DNA of 64,000 nucleotides from an uncultured Actinomycetota bacterium. GTDB taxonomy: Bacteria; Actinomycetota; Actinomycetes; S36-B12; UBA10799. A program made the position numbers and the translations under genes. How positions within the stretch are numbered: position 1 is the first letter of the stretch; each line of letters starts with the position of its first letter. The notes beneath the pieces are model-generated. The model did not search any database, had not been told where the DNA came from, and saw only the letters and a program-made list of their open reading frames with translations. The stretch is taken from contig CAVTCZ010000009.1 in NCBI GenBank assembly GCA_963733395.1, positions 293,436 through 357,435 of the forward strand, given 5' to 3'. This document shows positions 10,377-20,797 of this stretch, one piece after another.

Positions 10377-11414
10377 TCACCATCGGACGGCGACCGTCCG
10401 TGCGCAGTTGCTCGATGCTGAGTCCTGTGGTGACAGCACGCGGCCGCACAGCGCGACACCAGTCCTGGCGACGCGCGCTACCCCGCCAGTCAGGTTCGAC
10501 GGTTGTCCGGATCCGGGGTTCCCGCCGACTGCCACCGGATCAAGCACCGGTTCGCTCTGCGCGACCCACCCGGGTGAGCCGAACGCGCACTGCCACCGCT
10601 GCCGCCACGAGGTCGCTGCGGCCACATCGCGGCCGATCGCGTAGAACTCGTGCCACGCGACCTTGACCGGGTTGTGGGTCGTGATGTTCTTCGTCAGCCC
10701 ATAGACGGCTTGGTCCTGCTCCTCCACATAGGAGCCGAAGATCCGGTCGAACACGATCAGGATGCCGCCGTAGTTGGTGTCGAGGTACTGCGGGTTGGCG
10801 CCGTGGTGGACCCGGTGGTGGCTCGGGGTGTTGAACACGAATTCGAACCAGCGCGGCATCCGATCGATGCGCTCGGTGTGGATCCAGTACTGGAACAGCA
10901 GGTTCAGCGAGTGCATGAATGCCCATTGCGCCGGGGAGAAACCGACGAGCATCACGGGCACGTAGAAGATCCACGACGTCAGCGGCGTCCAGGACTGCCT
11001 CAGCGCGGTGGACAGGTTGTAGTACTGCGACGAGTGGTGGGTGACGTGCGCCGCCCAGAAGAAACGCGACTCGTGGTGCACCCGGTGGAACCAGTAGTAG
11101 CAGAAATCGTCGAGCAGGAAGAGCACGAGGAACGCTCCTGCCATGGCCAGCCCCGACCCCGCGGCGAGCACCGCACCGAGATCGAGTGCAGCGAACTGCG
11201 CGAAGAAGCTGAGGAAGGCCAGTTGCACCCCCGCCAGAAGCGCACCCACCACCAATGACCCGAGACCCATGAGCAACGACGTGCGCGTGTCCACGGCCGA
11301 GTAGCCCTGCTGGCCGGGAACAGGCCGCCGCCAGTGCCGGAAGACCTCCAGCGACATCGTGAGGATGTACAGCGGGATCGCGACAACCGTCAGGTCAGGC
11401 ATGCTGTCGAGCAT
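10377..11414 (-). CDS. Sterol desaturase / fatty acid hydroxylase family (alkylglycerol monooxygenase-like)
   Basis: His boxes HRVHH, HVTHH, HHRVHH; NYGGILI. Start may be 11402. Confidence 0.88.
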   Translation of the reverse strand: MLDSMPDLTVVAIPLYILTMSLEVFRHWRRPVPGQQGYSAVDTRTSLLMGLGSLVVGALLAGVQLAFLSFFAQFAALDLGAVLAAGSGLAMAGAFLVLFLLDDFCYYWFHRVHHESRFFWAAHVTHHSSQYYNLSTALRQSWTPLTSWIFYVPVMLVGFSPAQWAFMHSLNLLFQYWIHTERIDRMPRWFEFVFNTPSHHRVHHGANPQYLDTNYGGILIVFDRIFGSYVEEQDQAVYGLTKNITTHNPVKVAWHEFYAIGRDVAAATSWRQRWQCAFGSPGWVAQSEPVLDPVAVGGNPGSGQPSNLTGGVARVARTGVALCGRVLSPQDSASSNCARTVAVRW

Positions 11415-13187
11415 TCACAGCCCCGACACGGCCACCGGCCGCAGTGAGGTGGTCGTCGTTCCGGAACCGAGTTGGCCGCTGCCGTTGAAACCCCAGCACT
11501 GCGTCCCGGCTGCGACAACTGCGCATGAGTGGTAGCCGCCGGCCGCGATCGAGGACGCTGTGGTGAGTCCGGTGACGCGGGTGGGCTGCAGTCGGTCGGT
11601 GGTGGTGCCATCTCCGAGCCGCCCGGAGCTGTTGCGTCCCCAGCAGCGCGCGATCCCGCCGGTCAGCGCGGCGCAGCTGTGATAGGCCCCGGCGGACACC
11701 GCCGTCGCGGACAATCCGAGCGGCGTGGGGGTCAGGCGATCCGAGGTGGTCCCATCCCCCACCTGGCCGTAGTCGTTGCCACCCCAGCACGAAACGGACT
11801 GGTCGGCGAGCAGCGCACACGTGTGGAAGACACCCGTGGTCATGGCAGCGACCGGGCCGAGGACCGGACGCACAACAGTGCTGGAATCCGTGCGGGAGTT
11901 GACACCCAACTGCCCCCGGTCGTTGCGCCCCCAGCAGCGGATCGAGCCGCCGGTCAGGACCGCACACGTGTGGGCGTAACCGGCGGTCACCGACACCACG
12001 TTCTGGAGTCCCGCAACGATCACCGGCGTGTCCTCATACTCCGACTTCGTCACCCCGAGTTGGCCGTGGTCGTTGCGCCCCCAACAGCGGACTGAACCGC
12101 CGGTCAGCACCGCACACGTGTGGTCGCCTCCCACGGAGACATCAGTTGCGCCGGGCAATTCCACCTGCGCCGGAACCGAACCGTCGGAGGTGTTGCCCCG
12201 GCCCAGTTGCCCGTAGTCGTTGCGCCCCCAGCACCACACGCCACCTGTCTGCTGGCGGGCACACGTGGTGTCACCACCGGCACTGACCTCGACCACATCC
12301 GCCAGGTCGACGCCGACCGGCTCGACGGCATCCGCAGTGCTCCCGTCCCCGAGTTGGCCGTGGGCGTTGTCACCCCAGCAGTCGACGAGGTCGGGGCCGA
12401 CGGTCGCAGAAGGGTCCGGACGCCAGCCGGTGTCCTTGAGCAGGGCGCACGTGTGGCTGTTACCAGCGGTGATGGCTGCCGCCTGTCCGGACGTCCGGGT
12501 CGTGACGGAGGCCGGCTTGCTCGCATTGCCGGCGACGTCGACCATGAACACGCTGTAGCTGTACGTCGTATGCGGTTGCAGACCGGCATCCGTCGCGGTG
12601 GTGGACATCCGATCGATGTCGACGTCTTGGCCCTCGTCGAGGGAAGCAGGCGCCTGCGACCCCTGCTTGCGCCGAACCTCTACATCTTGCAGGTCGGGGG
12701 CGGTGCCGTTGGTCCATTTCAACGCCACCGAATCCTGCCCGCGGTCGGTCACGGAGAGGTTGCTGGCCGGCCCCGGTGGATAGCTGTCGTTCTTCGGGTT
12801 CCAGGAATAGGTCAGTCGCAGTACGGCGGGCTTGCGCACACGCACCTTCACCCGCACCGGCAGGTCCGGCACGGCTGCCGTGCCCCCGTCGGAGACGATC
12901 GGAGTCGCCCACACCCGGTATGTGCCGGGACGCAGGTTTCGCAGCTTGCCAACCCGGGGCACCTTCTTGCGGTACTTCTTGCCCGCCACGGTGATCTTGG
13001 CCGACCGGCCCTGCGGCACTCCGTGGGCCACGACGCGCAAGGAACCACGATCGGATCGGCTGGGCACCACGACCGCAGCCGGGGCAGCCGCTGCCACAGA
13101 GGACGGCGTGACCGCGGCCATCGACGGCGTGGGCAGCACAGCGACCAGCGGTGCCACAACGGCGACCACCACCACCGCCCTGCTCAT
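11415..13187 (-). CDS. Secreted FN3 + RCC1/BLIP-II beta-propeller protein
   Basis: Signal peptide, FN3 (LQPHTTYSYSV), seven repeats of HTCA...CWG.N..GQLG. Confidence 0.88.
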   Translation of the reverse strand: MSRAVVVVAVVAPLVAVLPTPSMAAVTPSSVAAAAPAAVVVPSRSDRGSLRVVAHGVPQGRSAKITVAGKKYRKKVPRVGKLRNLRPGTYRVWATPIVSDGGTAAVPDLPVRVKVRVRKPAVLRLTYSWNPKNDSYPPGPASNLSVTDRGQDSVALKWTNGTAPDLQDVEVRRKQGSQAPASLDEGQDVDIDRMSTTATDAGLQPHTTYSYSVFMVDVAGNASKPASVTTRTSGQAAAITAGNSHTCALLKDTGWRPDPSATVGPDLVDCWGDNAHGQLGDGSTADAVEPVGVDLADVVEVSAGGDTTCARQQTGGVWCWGRNDYGQLGRGNTSDGSVPAQVELPGATDVSVGGDHTCAVLTGGSVRCWGRNDHGQLGVTKSEYEDTPVIVAGLQNVVSVTAGYAHTCAVLTGGSIRCWGRNDRGQLGVNSRTDSSTVVRPVLGPVAAMTTGVFHTCALLADQSVSCWGGNDYGQVGDGTTSDRLTPTPLGLSATAVSAGAYHSCAALTGGIARCWGRNSSGRLGDGTTTDRLQPTRVTGLTTASSIAAGGYHSCAVVAAGTQCWGFNGSGQLGSGTTTTSLRPVAVSGL

Positions 13188-13244
13188 GTCATCCACCTGT
13201 CTGCCGGATCGAACCACGGTAACCGCACTGACAACCCGCGCGCC

Positions 13245-13421
13245 TCACTTGTCGGACCGCCCACTCATGCGTGTGGTGAGGAAGTAGCCGGCCCCCGCGC
13301 CCGCACCGGCGGCGATCGCGACCGAGGACAGCGTCGGGCTGTCCAGCATCCGCCCGAGCACCCAGACGATGATCGCGCAGACCACCGCGACCAGCACGGA
13401 TACCAGGATCGACCTTCCCAT
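13245..13421 (-). CDS. Small 58-aa two-TM membrane protein (below ORF-track cutoff)
   Basis: MGRSILVSVLVAVVCAIIVWVLGRMLDSPTLSSVAIAAGAGAGAGYFLTTRMSGRSDK; TAGGCT-N6-ATG leaderless signature. Confidence 0.65.
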   Translation of the reverse strand: MGRSILVSVLVAVVCAIIVWVLGRMLDSPTLSSVAIAAGAGAGAGYFLTTRMSGRSDK

Positions 13422-13539
13422 CCCGCGAGCCTAAGTCACTGACACCGAGGACTGCGGCAACACCCGCTCAGATCTCGGCGTTTCCACCGGACACGGACCA
13501 TTCGACGGCGCCGGCGAGTCCACGGAGTCGTCCACCCGG

Positions 13540-15619
13540 TCACTGGGGTTGCTGGACACTCCGGAAGCCACGCAGCCGCAGGCTGTTGAGCACGACGAAG
13601 ACCGACGAGAAGGCCATCGCTGCTCCCGCCACCATGGGCGTCAGCATCCCGGCCATGGCCAGCGGGATCGCCGCGCTGTTGTAGGCGAACGCCCAGAAGA
13701 GGTTCTGCTTGATCGTGCGCAGGGTGGCCCGACTCAGCCGGATCGCGTCCACGATCGCCAGCGGGTCGCTGCGGACCAACGTGATATCGCTGGCCGCAAT
13801 GGCGACGTCGGCGCCGGCGCCCATCGCGATACCCAGGTCGGCCTGCGCCAAAGCTGCGGAATCGTTCACCCCGTCACCCACCATGGCGACGCGCCCGCCC
13901 GCCTCCTGCAGGCGGGCCACCGCTTCCTGCTTGTCCAGCGGCTTGACCTCCGCGACGACCTCGTCGATACCGACCTGCGCCGCCACCTCCGCCGCGGTCG
14001 CCCGGGTGTCGCCGGTGAGCAGCACGGTACGCAGTCCGAGATCCTGCAACTGCGCCACCGCCGCGGCACTGCTGGCACGCAGGGTGTCGGTGATGACTAT
14101 CCGTCCCCGCACCTGACCGTCCCAGGCCGCCACCACGCCTTCCTCGGCAACCGTGAAGCCGCAGTTCGCGCAGCCAGCCCGGCGTTCCTGCCACCACGTC
14201 CACGCCGTCGACGGTGCCCTTCACGCCTCGTCCCGGAACTGCTTCGAACTGCTCCAGGACCCCCCGCTCCGGCAACGCCTGCGCGATCGCCCGCCCGATC
14301 GGGTGCTCGCTGCCGGACTCCAGGGTGCCCACCAAACGCGCGAAGTCCGGTGCAGCCGAATCCACCTGCACCTCGATCCGGCCCTGCGTCAGGGTGCCGG
14401 TCTTGTCCAGCACGACGGTGTCGATCGCGCGGGTGCGCTCCAGGATCTCCGGCCCGGAGATGAGCACACCCAACTGCGCGCCTTTGCCGGTGCCCACGAG
14501 GATGGCCGTCGGCGTGGCCAGCCCGAGGGCACAGGGGCAGGCGATGATCAACACGGCCACTGCCGCAGTGAAGGCATCCGTCCAGCCGGCCCCCGTCAGC
14601 AACCAGCCGGCAGCGGTCAGCACCGAGAGCACGAGGACGACCGGGACGAAGACCGACGACACCCGGTCGGCCAGCCGTTGTACCGGGGCCTTGCCGGTCT
14701 GTGCCCGCTCCACGGCGGCGGCGATCTGAGCCAACTCGGTGTCACCACCCACTCGCTCGGCTCGTGCGATCAACCGGCCGTTCTGGTTCACCGCGGCGCC
14801 GATCAGCGGATCACCCGGAACCACCGTCACCGGCACGGACTCGCCGGTGATCAGCGCGTTGTCCACCGAGGATGTACCTGAGACCACGACGGCGTCGGTC
14901 GCGATCTTCTCCCCGGGTCGTACCACGAACTCGTCGCCCACCCGCAGTTCGGAGATCGGCACGAGCACCTCCTGGCCATCGCGCAGGACGGTGGCCTCCT
15001 TGGCGCCCATCTTGAGCAGCGCGGTGACCGCCTCGCCCGCCCGTTCCTTGGCCCGCGACTCCGCATAGCGTCCCGCGAGCAGGAAGGTGGCGACGGTGAC
15101 GGCGACTTCGAAGTAGATGTGACCGCCCGTGAACAGCGACACGATCGACCAGCCGTAGGCGGCCAGGATTCCGAGACTCACCAGCGTGTCCATGGTGGTC
15201 GTGCCGTGGCGCGCCGCATTGAAGGCCGCGCGATGGAACGGCCACGCCGACCACGCGACGACCGGTGTGGCCAGCACAGCGATGAACCACATCATCAGCA
15301 TCGAGTCGGACATGGCCATGGACAGGATCACGACCGGCACGGCCAGCACCGCGGCCACGATGAGACGTCGCAGCAGGGTGGGGTCGGTGTGATCGTGCTC
15401 GCTGTGCTCCTGGTGCTCCGCGGCGGCGTACCCCGCCTTCTCGACCGCGGCGACGCAATCGTCCACGCTGACTCCGGACGGGATCTGCACGTGTGCGGAG
15501 TGAGTGGCGAAGTTGACCGTCGCCGCCACTCCGGGCAGAGCATTGAGCTTCTTCTCGATGCGGGCCGCGCAGGACGCGCAGGTCATACCCTCCAGATCGA
15601 GATCGACATGGGTGCTCAC
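13540..15619 (-). CDS. copA: Cu(I)-translocating P1B-type ATPase, frameshift near 14160
   Basis: GMTCASC, TGES, CPCALGLATP, DKTGTLT, SEHP, GDGVND, AYN...MAFSS. Confidence 0.9.
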
Positions 15620-15656
15620 ACCCACTCGCAACGACGAAGACCCCGTGGGGTATTCC

Positions 15657-17156
15657 TCAGGCGTTGCGCACGAACAGCCCGAGGACGGCCGCCAGCGACA
15701 GCACCGAGCGTGGTTCGTAGGCGGCCCGCCACAGCCCGCCGTGGTTGGCGGCATCGGCGAACAGGTCCATCGGGTTGTGCAACTGGCGACCGGGATCGGC
15801 CGCCGACTGCGGATCGCGCAGGTCGCGTACCAGCAGGGCCGCCATGAGGGTGTTGGCCGTCGCCGGGGAGAACACCTCGACCCCGAACTGACCCGCGCCC
15901 GCGTAGGCCGCCGCCAGTGCCCGGTTCTTCACCACCGACCTGGTCCGGGTCGCCGGCGCCACGTTCAGTGAGACCCGCTGACCCTGGCTGCGGGCCACCA
16001 GCGCCCGCCATCGCTGAAGCCGCTTGGCCAGGGCGTAGTTGGGGCCTTGCTGGGGCACGAGGCAGTCGGCGATGCCCACCTCGCGGCCGGTGTCGTCGAT
16101 GACGGTGTCCTTGTAGGCGGGTTCGAACAGATGCGCCAACTGCAGCGGGGCTTGCAGGACCCGCCGGGTGCGCCGCCGGTTCCACCGATCGCGGGCCATC
16201 GCCACCGCGTCCTGCGGTACCGCGAACACGTCGGTCGGCGTGGCCAGGAAGGCCAGGCAGACATCCTGGGTGCCGCGTGCCAACAGGACGCTGAGCGCAT
16301 CGATGGCCATGGACACTCGAACGTGCAGCCCGCCATCGGCGTAGGCGTAGTTGCCCAGGGTGAACGGGCCATCGATCTCGCGCAGCCAGGACAGCACCGC
16401 ATCGGTCTGGGAGATGACGTCCAGGCCGGCCACCTGCGCCACCCGCGTGTCGGGGGCGGTGTCGAGGTTCACCGAGCCCCGCGGCACCGGGACGGCCATG
16501 CGACCCGCGGAGTCCTTCGCGGTGGCCATGATCCTGTTCCACAGGTCCTGGTTCGGGAGGTCGACCGCGTAGACCGTGGCCCCCCAGTCCAACAGTTGCC
16601 GCAGCGGACCCATCTCGGCGCCGGCACCGAGCACGGCCACCTGCAGATCTCTGAGGTCCAGCCACTCCGGATGTGCCATGAGCGCACGTACTGCGTCCGC
16701 GAAGGACGGTTCGGCGATCCCGCGTGCCACCCAGTCGTCGAGTTGCCGGTGCAGGTCGTCGCCGGACAGCCGGTGTCCCTTGTACGGCACGGAGAACTCG
16801 GTCCGGCGCTCGTTGCGCCCGATCACCTCGAAGGTGTCCATCCCTTCGTGATCGCTGACTGCCAGCGCCGCGAGCAGCGGTCGGTCACTGTCCCCGGCAC
16901 TCCACACGAAGCGCTCGTGCAGCGAGTCGAGACCCGACTGGGAGACCGTCAGCGCTGCCTGCGGGTTGGCGACCGCGGTCACAACCAGGTCCCGGATCGC
17001 CGGCAGATACCCCGTGCGCCAGTCCTTGATCACCTCAACCCGGCGCGCCGCGGCTGGGTCGACCCCCCGCAACGAGTCGGCGATGACCGCCCGACCCGTG
17101 GCCGTGGTGCTGCGGGCCCCGTTGTTCGCGGCGGGGAAGTTGACACCGGTCTGCAT
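15657..17156 (-). CDS. Hypothetical protein (499 aa) with Rossmann-like VAVLGAGAEMG motif
   Basis: Long ORF with natural composition; TACATT shortly before ATG; function not recognised. Confidence 0.75.
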   Translation of the reverse strand: MQTGVNFPAANNGARSTTATGRAVIADSLRGVDPAAARRVEVIKDWRTGYLPAIRDLVVTAVANPQAALTVSQSGLDSLHERFVWSAGDSDRPLLAALAVSDHEGMDTFEVIGRNERRTEFSVPYKGHRLSGDDLHRQLDDWVARGIAEPSFADAVRALMAHPEWLDLRDLQVAVLGAGAEMGPLRQLLDWGATVYAVDLPNQDLWNRIMATAKDSAGRMAVPVPRGSVNLDTAPDTRVAQVAGLDVISQTDAVLSWLREIDGPFTLGNYAYADGGLHVRVSMAIDALSVLLARGTQDVCLAFLATPTDVFAVPQDAVAMARDRWNRRRTRRVLQAPLQLAHLFEPAYKDTVIDDTGREVGIADCLVPQQGPNYALAKRLQRWRALVARSQGQRVSLNVAPATRTRSVVKNRALAAAYAGAGQFGVEVFSPATANTLMAALLVRDLRDPQSAADPGRQLHNPMDLFADAANHGGLWRAAYEPRSVLSLAAVLGLFVRNA

Positions 17157-17187
17157 GGTGGATCAATGTACCGGCGATAACGCGGAT

Positions 17188-17676
17188 CTTCGGATTTCAG
17201 CGGGGAGTCGCCGGGGAAACGCCCAGGGTTGGGTTCGCCGGGTGGTGCGACTGAGGTCCACAACTGCTCGGCGGGTCACCGTAGCTGCGCCCCACCGGCG
17301 CTCGCCGTGTTGAGGGTGCGGGCCGGTTGTTGCTCGTGGACCGCGACTGTTGCACGGTTGTCGCCCGCGGACCGCGACTGTTGCGCGGTTGTCGGTTTCG
17401 CACCCCGAAAACCAGCAACGGTGCAACACTCGCGTCCGGCCACCAGCAACGGTGCAACACTCGCGTCCGGCCACCAGCCACCCCGACCGGCACTGACTCC
17501 CTCAGGGAATCCGAAGCGTCAGGAAAGCGGGGATCGACCGGCTGTGGACCCGACGCCAGCGGGGTTGCGGTCACGGCTCGGTGCTGATCGCGCCCATGGG
17601 TGTCGTTTCTCCCTGGGCTGTGCGGCTGGTGGTCGCCGGGCGGGTGGATCCGCAGACTCCCCGCTCAAATCCGAAG
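17188..17676. mobile_element. MITE/REP-like composite element, family A copy 1, with 22-bp terminal inverted repeats
   Basis: CTTCGGATTTCAGCGGGGAGTC (17188-17209) vs GACTCCCCGCTCAAATCCGAAG (17655-17676), 21/22 inverted; four internal 17-bp boxes. Confidence 0.65.
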
Positions 17677-17739
17677 CGCCGGTAACGCGCCAACGAGGTT
17701 CAGCCCGAGCGCCCCCATGCCCAGCCGATTTCGGCGGCA

Positions 17740-17793
17740 GTTGTCCCGTTCGTGAACGAAGACACGCGTGCATTCGCTCACCGACGGCACGAA
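17740..17793. repeat. Palindromic repeat family B copy 1
   Basis: Core AAGACACGCGTGCATTCGCTCAC (17759-17781), identical at 33271-33293. Confidence 0.8.
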
Positions 17794-17860
17794 CCACTCA
17801 CCAAGTGCCCCAGAAGGGCTGCGGATCCGAACGCTCCGAAGACCGGCGACCGCCGTCACC

Positions 17861-20797
17861 TCAGCCCAGCCCGTAGAACAGCCGTTCCATGACCTGTCGC
17901 GCCCGACGGGTCAGACGACGGTAGTCCTCGGGCATGGCACCCCGGTTGTCGGGCGGGTAGTTCAGCAGGTGAGCCACCCGGGCCAGGGTCCGGTAGTCCG
18001 TCGGCACGGAGTCGCTCGCGCGGCCAGCACTCAGCATGATCGCGTTGCGGATGCTGGAGGCGAGCCGCCAGGCGTCGACGAGTCGCTCGCAGTCGTGTTC
18101 CTGGATCAAGCCCAACGTCGCCGACTGCTCCAGGACCGACACCGTCTGGGTCGTCCGCAACTGCTCGATCTCGTGACCGTGCTGCAACTGCTGCAGTTGC
18201 GCCACCCACTCCACGTCGCTGAGGCCACCGCGGCCGAGTTTGACGTGCAGCGCGGGATCGGCGCCCCGCGGTAGCCGCTCGGCCTCCATCCGGGCCTTCA
18301 GCCGTCGCATCTCCAGCAGGTCCTTCGAGCGACACCCCGCGCGGCCGGGTACCGGATCGGGTCGATCAGCGCCACGAATGCGTCCTGCAGGGGCGGCGAT
18401 CCCGCGACCGGTCGCGCGCGCAGCAGGGCCTGCGCCTCCCATGCCGCCGACCACCGCTCGTAGTAGGCCTCATACGACGCCAGCGACCGTACCAGCGGTC
18501 CGTTGCGGCCCTCGGGACGCAGATCCGCGTCCATGTCGATGGGCGGGTCGGGGCTGGGCAGCGCCAGCAGCCGCCGCAGTTCGTTGGCCACCGCCAGCGC
18601 GGCATCCGAAGCCACCGCTTCATCGACACCCGGCCGGGTGCGGTAGACGAACATGACGTCGGCATCCGACCCGTAGCCCAACTCCTGGCCACCGAACCGG
18701 CCCATACCGATCACCACGAACTCCACGAGGTCCTCAGCCTGCCGGCCGTCCACCTGCACGGCCGCCGTCGCCACCGCCAGCGCCGCCTGGATCGTGGCAT
18801 CGGCGATGTCGCTCAGCGCCGGCCCCACCTCGTCGATCGTGAGCAGTCCCAGGCAGTCGGCGGCGGACACCCGGAACAACTCCCGCCGGCGGGTTGCCCG
18901 GATGGCGGCGATCGCCGCCTCCGGGTCGGTCTGCCGCAGCCCCGCCGCCAGGGCCTCGGCCGCGATGTCGGCAGCCGGCCGCGGCCGCCGGTGATCCTCC
19001 TCGGCGAGGATCTGCACAGCATCCGGCGCCCGCAACAACAAGTCGGTGGCGAAGCGGGAGGACGCCAGCAGATGCGCCATGCTCTCGGCTGTCTGGGACT
19101 CGTCACGCAGCAGTCGCAAGTACCAGGGGGTGGAACCCAGAGCATCGGAGACCCGCCGGAACCCCAACAGGCCCGCATCCGGGTCCGGGCAATCGGCGAA
19201 CCAGCCGAGCATGACGGGAAGCAACGTCCGCTGGATCGCTGCCCGCCGACTGACGCCACTGGTCAGGGACTCCAGATGCCGCAGGGCACCGCGCGGGTCC
19301 TGATAGCCCAAGGCGCGCAGCCGCTGTTCCGCGGCTTCGGGGGTGAGCCGCGCCTCGCCCGAATCCAGCCGCGCCACGGCGTTGAGCAACGGCCGGTAGA
19401 ACAGCTTCTCGTGCAACCGCCGCACCTGGCGGACCTGCTTGGCGTAGGCCGACTCGATCTCGGTGACCGGGTCGTTGCGCATGCCCATGGAACGGGCGAT
19501 GACCCGCAACTCGGACTCGCGCTCCGGGAACAGATGGGTGCGCCGCATCTGGCGCAACTGCACGCGGTGCTCGAGGATGCGCAGGAAGCGGTACGCCGCC
19601 CCCATCCCGGCCGCATCCTCCCGGCCCACGTAACCCCAAGTGGCCAGCGCCTCCAACGCCGTCAGAGTCGCACGGGACCGCAGTGTGACATCGCTGCGGC
19701 CGTGCACCAACTGCAGCAATTGGACGGCGAACTCGACGTCCCGCAGGCCACCCCGGCCGAGTTTGATCTCCCGGTTGACCTGCTTCTCGGGGATGTGCTG
19801 CTCGACCCGGCGACGCATGGCCTGCACGTCGTCGACGAAGTTGTCGCGGTCGGCGGCCGACCACACGAAGTCGGAGACGGCATCGACGTACCGCGCGCCC
19901 AGGTCGGGGTCACCGGCCGCCGGCCGTGCTTTCAGCAGCGCCTGGAACTCCCAGGTCTTGGCCCACTTGCGGTAGTACGCGACGTACGAGTCGATCGTGC
20001 GCACCAACGCGCCGGCCTTGCCCTCCGGCCGTAGCGCCGCGTCCACTTCCCAGATCGAACCCTCCGAGGTCGCGGCGTTCGCGATCTGCATGAGCCTGCT
20101 GGCGATCTGCTGGCCGACCCGCATCGCCACGTCGCTCGGCACGTCCGCCGACCGGGGCTCGGCGATGAAGACCACATCGACGTCGGAGATGTAGTTCAAC
20201 TCCTGCGCACCGCACTTGCCCATGGCGATCACCGCCAGGTCCACCTGCCGCGCCGGTTCGCCGATCTCCTGGACCGCCAGTTCGTAGCATCCCTGCAGTG
20301 CGGCATCGGCCAGCGCCGTGAGTTCGGCCATGGTGACTTCCAGGCTCGCCTCCCCCGACAGGTCCCGCGCTGCCACTCCGAGCAATTCGCGACGGTAGGC
20401 CACGCGCAGTCCCAGCATCGGCTGGTCCTCGTGGACAGCTCGCCAGGATCCGCTCCCGGGCCCCGGTCAGGTCATCGGCGGCTACGGCGTCGACCATGGC
20501 TGGATAGCGCCTCAAGAAGCCGCCGAGGCTCTCTGACAGGCCCAGCAGGGACAGCAGGCGGGACTTGTGGTCCGGTTCGCCGAGGATGCGCCGCAGGCCC
20601 GTCGGGTTGTCGCGCTCGAGGTCCACCAGCACCTCGAGGGCGCGATCCGGGTCGGCGGCCAGACCCAGTTCCAGCGGATCGAGGACATCGTCGAGACCGG
20701 CGTCGGCCAGCCCCTGCAGTTGCTCGACCGCGGGAGCGACGTCGGTGAAGCCGATCCGCACGAGATCGGTGCGCAGACTCGCCCGGCGCGGACTCAT
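17861..20797 (-). CDS. glnE: Bifunctional glutamine synthetase adenylyltransferase/removase, frameshifts near 18340 and 20425
   Basis: Two NT domains (AMGKCGAQELNYISDVD; GMGRFGGQELGYGSDAD), LRPEG twice, KLGRGG twice; ATGA coupling to glnA2. Confidence 0.92.

Noticed and set aside
11415-12480. About 150-bp periodic DNA repeats
   Set aside because: Explained by RCC1 propeller blades.
14140-14180. Programmed frameshift in copA as in E. coli CopA(Z)
   Set aside because: The break is late in the ATP-binding region, not after the metal-binding domain, with no slippery heptamer; fits the general indel pattern.
17338-17478. 31-bp periodic repeats as a CRISPR array
   Set aside because: Only two units per arm, arms inverted, 14-bp linkers, no cas genes.
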